Assembly (NCBI GenBank): GCA_964016885.1
Contig: OZ024743.1
Span: forward strand, 95,294,001 to 95,358,000
Source: Eledone cirrhosa
Lineage: Eukaryota
Direction: 5' to 3'
Length of the DNA: 64,000 nt
Shown: piece after piece, positions 51,987-64,000 of the stretch
Position numbering within the stretch: the stretch's first letter is position 1
Layout of the letters: each line of letters starts with the position of its first letter
The notes under the pieces: model-generated
Told to the model about the DNA's origin: nothing
Database searches by the model: none
Seen by the model: only the letters and a program-made list of their open reading frames with translations
Program-made: the position numbers and the translations under genes

Positions 51987-52570
51987 CTATATTGCATGGG
52001 AACGACAGATAGAAAATATTTTCAGACCTTCTTCTCATGATTCCATGAATCGATGTGAGGTTGTGGCATATGGCACTTGCTTAAGAATCCGGGCCCTAAT
52101 AATTGCGGGAATACTCGAGCCAACATACAAAGAGAAGTGTTAAGGTAAATATTTAAAAATGTCGAATTATTGGAGTGTTTTCGGCTATTTCAAAAATTTA
52201 GTAGAATATTGTGCCATTATTCCTGTAGACGCATTATGGACATTTAGTTAAAAAGTTCCCTTCGCAATCATTAGAGCATAGGATCGATCCCACAGCATGG
52301 TTTTGGGGGCAAGTGTCTTTTACCATAGCCACGGATTGACCTTTGTCGTGAAATTGGTTCGACGATAACTGTTTAGCAGACAATCAGATGGAATGTACCT
52401 ATAATTTGAAAGACCAGCATTTTTCCACACTCTCTTACGCTAAATCTCCCGGAGAATTAAGTGTACATGTGTCTGTGGAAAGCTGAGACACACATTAATT
52501 TCATGAACAGGCTGTTACATTGACCGAGGAACAGGAACACGCATCGTTGAAACCAAATTTATTGGAAAAG

Positions 52571-54128
52571 TATATATGTGGCATATACTACCTACTAATG
52601 CTGTAAAACTACATATGTGGCATATACCACTTACTAAATACTGTAAAACTATATATGTGGCATATACCACTTACTAAATACTGTAAAACTATATATGTGG
52701 CATATACCACTTACTAAATACTGTAAAACTATATATGTGGCATATACCACTTACTAAATACTGTAAAACTATATATGTGACATATACTACTTAGTAAATA
52801 CTGTAACACTATATATGTGGCATATACTACTTAGTAAATACTGTAAAACTATATATGTGGCATATACTACTTAGTAAATACTGTAACACTATATATGTGG
52901 CATATACCACTTACTAAATACTGTAAAACTATATATGTGGCATATACTACTTAGTAAATACTGTAACACTATATATGTGGCATATACCACTTAGTAAATA
53001 CTGTAAAACTATATATGTGGCATATACCACTTACTAAATACTGTAAAACTATATATGTGGCATATACCACTTAGTAAATACGGTAAAACTATATATGTGA
53101 CATATACCACTTACTAAATACTGTGAAACTATATATGTGGCATATACCACTTACTAAATACTGTGAAACTATATATGTGGCATATACCACTTAGTAAATA
53201 CTGTAACACTATATATGTGACATATACCACTTACTAAATACTGTAAAACTATATATGTGGCATATACCACTTAGTAAATACTGTGAAACTATATATGAGG
53301 CATATACCACTTACTAAATACTGTAACACTATATATGTGGCATATACTACCTACTAAATACTGTAACACTATATATGTGGCATATACCACTTACTAAGTA
53401 CTGTGAAACTATATATGAGGCATATACCACTTACTAAATACTGTAAAACTATATATGTGACATATACCACTTACTAAATACTGTTACACTATATATGAGG
53501 CATATACCACTTAGTAAATACTGTAAAACTATATATGAGGCATATACCACTTACTAAATACTGTTACACTATATATGAGGCATATACCACTTACTAAATA
53601 CTGTAACACTATATATGAGGCATATACCACTTACTAAATACTGTTACACTATATATGTGGCATATACTACCTACTAAATACTGTTACACTATATATGAGG
53701 CATATACCACTTACTAAATACTGTAACACTATATATGAGGCATATACCACTTACTAAATACTGTTACACTATATATGAGGCATATACCACTTACTAAATA
53801 CTGTAACACTATATATGAGGCATATACCACTTACTAAATACTGTAACACTATATATGTGGCATATACTACCTACTAAATACTGTTACACTATATATGAGG
53901 CATATACTACCTATTAAATACTTTTACACTATATATGTGGCATATACCACTTACTAAATACTGTAAAACTATATATGTGGCATATACCACTTAGTAAATA
54001 CTGTAAAACTACATATGTGGCATATACTACTTACTAAATACTGTAAAACTACATATGTGGCATATACCACCTATTAAATACTGTAACACTATATATGTGG
54101 CATATACCACTTAGTAAATGCTGTAAAA
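52571..54128. repeat. 40-bp minisatellite, about 39 copies
   Basis: Unit ATATATGTGGCATATACCACTTACTAAATACTGTAAAACT, no spacers. Confidence 0.98.
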
Positions 54129-54387
54129 AACGTTTAGTAATTGAATATGTAGAAACACACATTAAAACATTCTAAACATAGAAAGGGCCAACATTAAAAC
54201 ATTCTAAACATAGAAAGGGCCAACATTTAAAAAATAAAATAAAATTCACTTTAAAATTGGAGAGAAAGAAAGTAAAATTAATAAAATAATTATTACTGGA
54301 TATCTGGGATCATAATAAGTTCAGGAGATAGAAATATAATGTCCGATGATAGAAGAACATCGAAAGAGAAGATAGAGGGATCAAGGA

Positions 54388-54574
54388 ATAATTGTTTCTA
54401 CTTTTGGCACAAGGCCAGCAATTAACCAGTACATTACTGGTACTTTATTTTATCGACCCCGTAAGGATGAAAGGCAAAGTTAACCTTGGCGGGATTTGAA
54501 CTCAGATCGTAAAGGGACGTAACTCTTTGCATCAAAGCATGGCGTCCGAGCCTCTACTGATACTGCCAATCCAC
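54388..54574 (-). mobile_element. SINE family B
   Basis: Full-length reverse complement. Confidence 0.87.
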
Positions 54575-55498
54575 GCAACGTTAATATAGTTATAAAAATC
54601 ATTAGATATATTGAACAATGATATAAGAAATAGAGAAGGAAATTATTAGTTTATAACACTATACAGAAATTTCAGAAAATAAGCTTAATAAGATGATGAA
54701 AGAAATTAAAGATTTCTACTTGAACGTATGCATGGCTTGAGAAATGGAGTGTAGAATTATTAGTTTATAACACTATACACATATCCCGCAAAATAAGCGT
54801 AATTAAATGATGAAAGAAGCTACTGAATCCTAGTTCAACATGGGGTTAATATAATGAAAATAAAACATCTAGACAAATATATTAACAAAGCGAAAATAAT
54901 CAAATTTTGTTTTAGTAAAATTACAATTACAAAAGCTACAATCTTTGCTATCGATACACAGGTTTTAAATTAGATGAATTCATTTTTCCACACAAAAATC
55001 GATGCTGATGGAATTAAATTATAGCCATCATTCAGTAAATTTATATTTATACAGTTTTTAAAAGAAATGGTTTAATTACAAGGCAAAAAAAAAGAAAAGA
55101 TTTTAACAGTGTAAACGAATTTAAATATACCTTAAGATACAAACATGTTTTTGACAGATACAAACATTTGAAGAAATATTTCCAGCTTATTTAAAATCCA
55201 AACGAAATGAAAATTAACAAGCAACGTTTTAGGCATGAATATCAATAGAAAACTAGATATGTTTCATACAATATATGTTAAAGAAAGACTCGTAAAGATT
55301 GGACTTCTTTTCAGAGTTAAGAAAATGTGTCTATTTTGAAAAGATCTTCTCACGCATCTGGAGATAACACCCAGTAGGCATATATATGTGACGCATCGAA
55401 TTGGCAGAGTCGTTAGGGCTACGAATGTCTCTGTAATAGTTCCAGGTCACTGCGCTCTGAGTTCAAATCATCATTTCGAGGTCGATAAATAAAGTACT

Positions 55499-55555
<57 letters not shown>

Positions 55556-56801
55556 ACACACATACACACGCACATACCGACGTACATACACACATACACA
55601 CACTCGCAAATACATGCAAATGGACAGACCTTCAAATCTTAATATTCGACAAATTTGATTTATCTTAAAGTTCTGTTCCCTGCTCGACAGTATTATACTG
55701 GGTATGGTAGGGTAGCAGCATTCAAATATTAGCATATTCTATGTAATAGTATACCCTTTTCCAATTCCTACAGCTGGGTTCCTACTGTTTCACCTGTGTT
55801 AAAAACCTAAACAAATCTATGGGTACATAAGTATTGAGTGGACAGCAGAGAAAGTATGATGTCACCAAAATATCAGGCTGCACCTCATACGTTTAGGGAG
55901 AAAGAGATATGGAATGACTGGTGAGATGGATCCGTGTGTCTTGCCAGGTCATCCCATCAACTACGTTGGTGTTATAGGATTGCTGGATCAGAATCTGAAC
56001 AACAACAACAACAACAATATGGAATTGACGAAATATTGACTGAGCTGTTACATAATTGTTCTATGTGCAAGACAAAAAACAGTTAAATCTCTTTTAAATG
56101 ACTAATAAAAGCAAGGGGGTATTACATAATATTTTATCAAATAATCATAAAAAAGCAAAAAATCATAATTGCAATTTCTTCTATCATAGGACTGGTCGGC
56201 AGACATTTAGCTCAACAATGGCAACTATACCCACGAAATCTTCCGCTTAATATATTTTACATTCGGCCATCTCCAGAACTTAATTCATAATGAATATATT
56301 GACATTTAACCTAACTTTCACTATTATTTCCACTAAGAACTTGAGGCGGATTGCGCCTGGCTTTCTGCATGCCAGAGAACGATCTGTCACATTGTCTGGT
56401 TATATATCAGTTACGTAGTGTTGCTAAATGTTGCTGACATTTATCCATACAAATACATTGTTATCTAGTGGTATTTGTTACTACCGATAGCCTGCTCATA
56501 ACATTAACATCTAAGTCTCTTAGTATTCCATACTAACGTATATCCATAACACAATTCTCGGGTAGATTGAGAATGATACAATGTATAACAAGGCTGACCT
56601 TTGACATTACAGTCACACCCCATTTGACAAGTTTCTAACCAGTTTTACTGACAAGGCATGGGTTGACCCGTGACTATGATCAATGACACTTGACCAAGAT
56701 GCTACACAGTGGGATCAAATCTGAACCCTAATGATTGTGAAGCAAACTCCTTAAACATTCGGCTATACTGCATCCACTCATATTATAAGAGGCCATTATT
56801 G

Positions 56802-57195
56802 GGTGGATTGGCAGCATCGGTAGAGCGTCAGACACCATGCTTTGCAGCATAGAGTTGTGGCCCTTTATGATCTGAGTTCAAATCCTGCCGAGGTTAACTT
56901 TGCCTTTCATCCTTATGGGGTCGATAAAATAAAGTACCAGTAATGTACTGGATAATTGCTGGTCTTGTGCCAAAAGCAGAAACAATTATTTTGGGTGAAT
57001 TGGCAGAATCGGTAGAGCGTCGGAGAACATGCTTAATATCATGGAATTACGACCCTTTACGTTCTGAGTTCAAATCCCGCCGAAGTTAGCATCACCTTTC
57101 ATCCTTACAAGGTCGATAAATAAATCACCACTGATGCAGTAGGGTCGATTTAATCGACTTTCCCCTGCCCTTCAAATTGCTGGCCTTGTGCCTAA
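56802..57195 (+). mobile_element. Two tandem family B-related SINEs
   Basis: Two A/B-box heads with cores at 56802-56990 and 56993-57195. Confidence 0.82.
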
Positions 57196-57237
57196 CGTTA
57201 TAGATATTTTGAGTCGCTTCAATGAGCAGCAGCTCTT

Positions 57238-57922
57238 GACTAGTACTATACTAGTGCTATACTAGTACTATACTAGTACTAGACTAGTACTATACTAGTG
57301 CTATACTAGTACTATACTAGTACTAGACTAGTACTATACTAGTGCTATACTAGTACTATACTAGTACTAGACTAGTACTATACTAGTGCTATACTAGTAC
57401 TATACTAGTACTAGACTAGTACTATACTAGTGCTATACTAGTACTATACTAGTACTAGACTAGTACTAGACTAGTACTAGACTTGTACTATACTAGTACT
57501 AGACTAGTACTAGACTAGTACTATACTTGTACTAGACTAGTGCTAGACTAGTACTATACTTGTACTATACTTGTACTATACTAGTACTATACTAGTACTA
57601 TATTAGTACTATACTAGTACTAGACTAGTACTAGGCTAGTACTATACTTGTACTATACTAGTACTAGACTAGTACTAGACTAGTACTATACTCGTACTAT
57701 ACTTGTACTATACTAGTACTAGACTAGTACTAGACTAGTACTAGACTAGTACTAGGCTAGTACTATACTTGTACTATACTTGTCCTTGACTAGTACTAGA
57801 CTAGTACTAGACTAGTACTAGGCTAGTACTATACTTGTACTATACTTGTCCTAGACTAGTACTAGACTAGTACTAGACTAGTACTAGACTAGTACTAGAC
57901 TAGTACTAGACTAGTACTATAC
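57238..57922. repeat. Palindromic 11-bp satellite with a 44-bp higher-order unit
   Basis: Units CTAGTACTATA / CTAGTACTAGA / CTAGTGCTATA; the 44-mer is repeated about 5 times at the left. Confidence 0.95.
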
Positions 57923-57997
57923 TTCTATCATCACCATGTCAATGGAAGAAATGACACCCTACAGAGATTGAACTCAGAACGTAAGAAACCTAATAAT

Positions 57998-58191
57998 TCT
58001 GGTGTCCTCGGCCCTACTCACCACCACAGGCGCTGAGCTGGCCAGCCGCAGGTGTGAGCCTCACGAGTGGGAATGGCTTTTCCAGTGCGCCTCCCTTGCC
58101 GTCCTCCGGGGAAACGCCTTCTCCATTCTGTCCGCTGGGGGTGTGGGGAGGCCGCCAATATGACTGACTTTTCATTTATCAGTCAGATGTT
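57998..58191 (+). mobile_element. CRE-like 3' fragment
   Basis: Near-identical to 24301-24482; begins with GVLGP codons. Confidence 0.75.
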
Positions 58192-58637
58192 ACTCACAAC
58201 CTCAAGACTGAATCCCACCTAACAATTATGTCACAAGTCATTCTCACATTCTTCCGCTTCTCTTATTTACATATCCTATATTAGTGTAACAATTTTATAT
58301 AGCAATATATCAGAATATTCTTGTTAATTTATGCTGCTAAATATATAGGCTATATTTACATAATATTGCAATTACTGTTTACTCTTGGCACAGCTTCTTT
58401 ATTGCAAAACTAGATTAATCTCATTTGATGTTTAAGATACGGTTTCTTTCTTATCTTTGGTATCATGATTGGGGATGGGGGTGGGGTATGGGTTGGGGTG
58501 GGGTGTGGGTTGTTGGGTGTAGGGGTGTTGGGTTATTAGATGTTAAAATATTTTATAATTGAGATTGTAATTGACGTACAACAATTCTCATTAAACCAGT
58601 ATTTTATATTTGCTGTAGCGTTAGAAAAATGTTATAA

Positions 58638-58648
58638 TGCTGCTACTG

Positions 58649-58680
<32 letters not shown>

Positions 58681-58742
58681 GCTACTGCTGCTGCTACTAC
58701 TGCTGTTGTTACTACTACTGGTGCTGCTGCTACTGCTGCTGT

Positions 58743-58797
<55 letters not shown>

Positions 58798-58813
58798 GCT
58801 GCTGCTGTTGCTG

Positions 58814-58863
<50 letters not shown>

Positions 58864-58890
58864 ACTACTACTACTACTACTACTACTACT
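58638..58890. repeat. (CTA)n/(CTG)n trinucleotide tract
   Basis: Direct inspection. Confidence 0.97.
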
Positions 58891-59051
58891 TGGATAACAA
58901 CAATAAAATCCAACAAAACATGGCAATATTCAACTTCGTTCTTGTGAAATCATGTTTTGCGATCAATGTCTCCCCCCCCCCGTGATTTCTATAGTTTGTT
59001 CCAGTGTTGTTATTGCTGTATTGTTGTTGCTGTTGTTTTTGTTAATGTCAA

Positions 59052-59160
59052 AACATCTAACTGATAAAATGACAAGTCAGTCAATCATATTGGTGGCCTC
59101 CCTACAGCCCTGGCGGAAAGAATAGAGAAGGCGTTTCCCCGGAGGACGGCAAGGAAAACA
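59052..59160 (-). mobile_element. CRE-like 3' fragment, shorter
   Basis: Reverse complement of the last about 110 bp of the family. Confidence 0.72.
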
Positions 59161-60616
59161 TTTCTAAAGAAGGGTCTTGCTTATAGTTTTCTCAGGAGCT
59201 GGTGTAGTCGAAGTGGTTAATGTTCCAGAGAGAAACATTTCCTGTATCAAACTTAACGTCTGGATGTGTTATGTAAGGACACATTACTGCTAATGGATAG
59301 GCGACTGCAAAACCATTTAGTTTATTGTTGGATTGTAAATACTGAGTGAAAAAGCTTCTGTTGGTCAGCAATGCTTGGCTGAAATATTTCCTTTGGTACA
59401 AGTGTCTCTTTTCGCAAATACACATAAAGTAAAGTAGACAGAAATTTGGAGAGATAGAACGAGACTACGGAAGGTTAAATATATTATTTAAAAGGTCAAG
59501 GTTGACAAGCATGGCCGAATGCTTAGAGAGATCGCTGCGTGATGATTAGGTCCATTAAATTTCGGTTTCGATCCCAATGCGTGGCCTTGTGAATGAAACT
59601 GGGCAAACGGAATATATTTGGAAGTTCGTCGCATGGACCGAACCTGTCACACAGTATCACGCTGAATTTCCCTGAGAATTACGTTAACGTTATACGTGTC
59701 TGTGGAACAGTTAAGCATTTATATGTTAAGTTCATGGGCAGGTTGTTCCATTGATCAAAACCTGATCACTCCTCGTCTAAACCGACGAGGATTCATTGAA
59801 CCACTGAAAAATAACAAATCAAGTAACCTTTGATAAAATGTTGTATCTGTAAGACAATTTGATTATAATGTTAAATCTATTAGTTTGACGAGGTTTTAGA
59901 ATTCAGTTAATGCGAAATGCCACACGGATCGTTTAACTAATGCAGTGTCACCATTAGAGAAAACCTGGCAATAAAACAAATTCTCATAAATCATCTTGAC
60001 ACATTACACATGGTTTAAATAGTTTCTAAGGATGCTAGATAGTGAAGCTCCATGACATATACACCCTATTGCTACTAGTGGTTGTAGACTACATGGCTGA
60101 GGGGTTAACAAGATAGAATTCTAATCATTAAGTCCTGGGATCGATTCCACTGCCTGAAGCTTGGTCAAGTATTATTTACCATAGCCTCGGGTTGACTCTT
60201 GCCTTCTGAGTAAAAGTGGGGAAATGGAAGCTGTTTGGAAGCTACTCGGATTGACTATGCTGTACCCCCAAAAGGGCCAAACTTGTCACACACTGTATTA
60301 CGCTGATTATCCCGATATTTATGAGCGAAGCATCTACGTGGAACTCGACCTGTTAAAAATGACAGCCAAGTCACTCTGAAATCCTATCATCTTAAAGATG
60401 AGCACATTGAATAAAGTAGTGCAATGTAGATACGTTGTGTCTGTAATGAATTTGATAATATATCTGCTCAATTAGGTGTAGCCTGGGGTTAAACAATAAC
60501 ATTATCTTGTATTATACACACATATACATACATAAATATACATACATGCATATATATATATACATACACACAAATACACACATATATATATATATGTATA
60601 TGTATATGTGTGTGTA

Positions 60617-60676
<60 letters not shown>

Positions 60677-60850
60677 CTCTCTCTCCCTCACTTTCATAAT
60701 TTCCTGGCCTCTTCAGCTGTAGTTATTATTTTTTTTATTTACAAACATTGTGCAAATCAGAACTGTTTCCTACATATGAACAGAATTCAATTGTGGTAAA
60801 TAAGTTGGTCTCAGTGGGATTTGAACTCAGAATCTAAACAGCCAGAATAA

Positions 60851-61020
60851 ATAATTGTTTCTACTTTTGGCACAAGGCCAACAATTATCCCAGTGTATTG
60901 CTGGTGCTTTATTTTATCTACCCCGTAAAGATGAAGGGCAAAGTTAACCTCGGCGGGATTTGAACTCAGACCATGAAAGAACGTAACTCTTTGCTGCAAA
61001 GCATGGCGCCCGACCCACTA
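60851..61020 (-). mobile_element. SINE family B nested in an older related SINE
   Basis: 16-bp TSD ACAGCCAGAATAAATA at 60838-60853 and 61020-61035. Confidence 0.88.
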
Positions 61021-61902
61021 CAGCCAGAATAAATACTGTAATGGCATTTCATTCGACACTCTCACGATTCTGTTAATTTGCCGTTAAAGTTGCAATATAT
61101 AAATATCAACTCAAATTGTTCAACTGAGAAATGCACATTTTATCCGACGAGCCAATGCGATGGTGGATTAGAGAGGAAAGCACGAAAGGGATATATACAG
61201 AGAAGAAAAAACAAAGAAAGAAGCGGGAAATGACAGGATGAATAAAAGAGTGAGTCCAGTGAAATCTTCCTAATAAATGCCTATCTGAAATTTAGCAGTA
61301 TATAGTGTTGTAGTGTCAGTAATATTATTCTTAACACGGAAGATTTATCACTGCAATTAATTTTTTTAATCCATTCACAGAATTGTTAACGTCCACGCTA
61401 CTGAGAACAACTTCAAATGTATCACGTGAACACATTCTGTGCACGCTATCTATAATCTATTGCTTACAGAATGAATAGTTTTCGTTATTTATTCAAACGA
61501 TAGATGAGAACATTTCCAATATTTTTTACATTAAACATGATTTATTCAAAAACGTATCATTATCACGAGGCACAGTATTGCTTGTATCTAATGTATAAAA
61601 CTCAGTTCCATCAACATGAAGCATATATAAAGTTACTCATACTTTGTTACATATATGCTTTATTTTATATGTGTATTCCTTTGTCTGTACTATCATGGTA
61701 CTAACAGTGTCATGATACTATTTTACAGAGTATATATGCCCCGTCGTATATATAGCATATTATAGAGTGGAAAGAACCTCCATCGGTTTCGACGACGAAT
61801 GTTTCAGTTGTTCAACCAACGGAATTGCCTGCTCATGAAAGTAACGTTTAAATGGCTGAGCATTTCAGAGACAAGTGTGCAATTAACATTAACGCGCAGC
61901 CC

Positions 61903-63205
61903 TCACTCTAAAGTAGTCGTATAGGCGTCACGTCAAAAACCAGCCAGCCCTCACTGTAAAGTGGTCGTGTGGGCGTCACGTCAAAAGCCAGCCAGCCTTC
62001 ATTGTAAAGTGGTCGTGTGGGCGTCACATCAAAAACCAGCCAGCCTTCATTGTAAAGTGGTCGTGTAGGCGTCACGTCAAAAACGAGCCAGCCTTCACTG
62101 TAAAGTGGTCGTGTGGGCGTCACGTCAAAATCCAGCCAGCCTTCATTGTAAAGTGGTCGTGTAGGTGTCACGTCAAAAACCAGCCAGCCTTCATTGTAAA
62201 GTGGTCGTGTAGGCGTCACGTCAAAAACGAGCCAGCCTTCATTGTAAAGTGGTCGTGTGGGCGTCACGTCAAAAGCCAGCCAGCCTTCATTGTAAAGTGG
62301 TCGTGTGGGCGTCACGCCAAAAACTAGCCAGCCTTCATTGTAAAGTGGTCGTGTAGGCGTCACGTCAAAAACCAGCCAGCCATCATTGTAAAATGGTCGT
62401 GTGGGCGTCACGTCAAAAACCAGCCAGCCTTCATTGTAAAGTGGTCGTGTGGGCGTCACGTCAAAAACCAGCCAGCCTTCATTGTAAAGTGGTCGTGTGG
62501 GCGTCACGTCAAAAACGAGCCAGCCTTCACTGTAGAGTGGTCGTGTAGGCGTCACGTCAAAAACCAGCCAGCCTTCATTGTAAAGTGGTCGTGTAGGCGT
62601 CACGTCAAAAACGAGCCAGCCTTCATTGTAAAGTGGTCGTGTGGGCGCCACGTCAAAAACCAGCCAGCCTTCATTGTAAAGTGGTCGTGTGGGCGTCACG
62701 TCAAAAGCCAGCCAGCCTTCATTGTAAAGTGGTCGTGTGGGCGTCACGTCAAAAACTAGCCAGCCTTCATTGTAAAGTGGTCGTGTAGGCGTCACGTCAA
62801 AAACCAGCCAGCCTTCATTGTAAAGTGGTCGTGTGGGCGTCACGTCAAAAACGAGCCAGCCTTCACTGTAGAGTGGTCGTGTAGGCGTCACGTCAAAAAC
62901 GAGCCAGCCTTCATTGTAAAGTGGTCGTGTGGGCGCCACGTCAAAAACCAGCCAGCCTTCATTGTAAAGTGGTCGTGTGGGCGTCACGTCAAAAGCCAGC
63001 CAGCCTTCATTGTAAAGTGGTCGTGTGGGCGTCACGTCAAAAACTAGCCAGCCTTCATTGTAAAGTGGTCGTGTGGGCGTCACGTCAAAAACCAGCCAGC
63101 CTTCATTGTAAAGTGGTCGTGTGGGCGTCACGTCAAAAACCAGCCAGCCTTCATTGTTAAGTGGTCGTGTGGGCGTCACGTCAAAAACCACCCGCCATAC
63201 ACTGT
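61903..63205. repeat. 48-bp GC/CpG-rich minisatellite, about 27 copies
   Basis: Unit TTCATTGTAAAGTGGTCGTGTGGGCGTCACGTCAAAAACCAGCCAGCC. Confidence 0.98.
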
Positions 63206-63366
63206 AAATGTGGTTGACGTTAGGAAAGGCATACCGTAGAATTCAGGCCAAAATCAGTTGTGTGAGCGAAACGTGGTCCTCGGACCTGATCTCTCACAAG
63301 GAGACAGCCTGTCTCACCCATGCTAGCGTGGAAAATGGATGTTAACGATGATGATGATGATAATGA
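63196..63366 (+). mobile_element. 3' part of an RTE-tailed SINE continuous with the 48-bp array
   Basis: CACTGTAAATGTGGTTGACGTTAGGAAAGGCAT core and CATGCTAGCGTGGAAAATGGATGTTAACGATGATG tail (compare 61-100). Confidence 0.7.
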
Positions 63367-64000
63367 TAGTTCTTATGAAGATTTAGTATGTCATAGACTG
63401 TGACAATACTCGCACTTTATATTACAGGTTCAGTTCATCCGACGGGCTTCCAAGCAGTTCCCGTCTATCCAATTTTATTCGAAAAGCATGGGTCGACTCA
63501 AGGCTATGGTAATTGACATAGCGCCAAGATGCAACGCAGTGGGATTAAACCCGAGGTCTAATTATTGTAAAAGGAACTTGTTAAACATTTGGCTACGCTG
63601 CATCCGTATTACATCTGTTATCGTATCACGGCAGATTTTATAAGATTTCCTGTCGTAAACGTTGCAATAGATACAGCTATAACTATATCAAGCAGATAAA
63701 ATATTTCGCTAGATTGTCTTTGCGACGGTTTACCAGAAAGAAACGAAGCCGTCAATTATTTAAATCAAAAAGGGTGAAAAGAAAAAAATAAATTGCAAAA
63801 GCCGGAAGGCAAAAACCACACATATCTATACCTCCACCACCAACACCACCAAGACCACCAACACTACCAAACGCAACACCATCAAATCACACCTACAAAA
63901 TCAAACCCACATCAGTATATACAACCGATGGATACAAACATCACATATTACACATCAATAAACACTAACAACAGAAAACTACAAGACAGGACACCACTAC

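Noticed and set aside
52571-54128. CRISPR-like array (also considered for the 27-, 41- and 48-bp arrays)
   Set aside because: Head-to-tail units with no unique spacers, no cas genes, eukaryotic context
58471-58535. Telomeric repeat or functional G-quadruplex element
   Set aside because: Irregular GGGGT/GGGT low-complexity run, not (TTAGGG)n; G4 potential alone is not evidence of function
58540-58947. Poly-Thr/Ala, poly-Ser or poly-Leu ORFs
   Set aside because: Trinucleotide tract without evidence of exon structure
61908-63191. 427-aa repeat protein as a real host gene
   Set aside because: The 48-bp unit is a multiple of three with no stop in that frame; there is no unique N- or C-terminus and it lies within nested SINEs

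Overview
Repeat-dense, AT-rich animal genomic DNA, most likely cephalopod (Octopus-like; inferred from the SINE families and the extreme (TA)n/(CA)n/(GA)n load). No host protein-coding gene can be called with confidence; four weak + strand exon candidates are noted. The dominant system is a set of unrelated Penelope-like element (PLE) families inserted almost only into (TA)n tracts. It includes one 5'-truncated but stop-free RT+GIY-YIG element (5593-8971), three other PLE coding remnants, about ten short non-coding fold-back terminal-repeat (pLTR) pieces, and at least seven minimal hammerhead-ribozyme motifs. One family carries a variant hammerhead core (UUGAAAA...GCAA), and several fold-back junctions fall on the ribozyme itself. 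Also present: Tx1/L1, RTE (one with a clean twin-priming inversion), CRE and R4-like LINE fragments, tRNA-derived SINEs with target-site duplications (TSDs), piggyBac/mariner/hAT MITEs, and several minisatellites (27, 41, 22, 40, 11/44 and 48 bp units). All calls are by eye; no database search or folding program was run.
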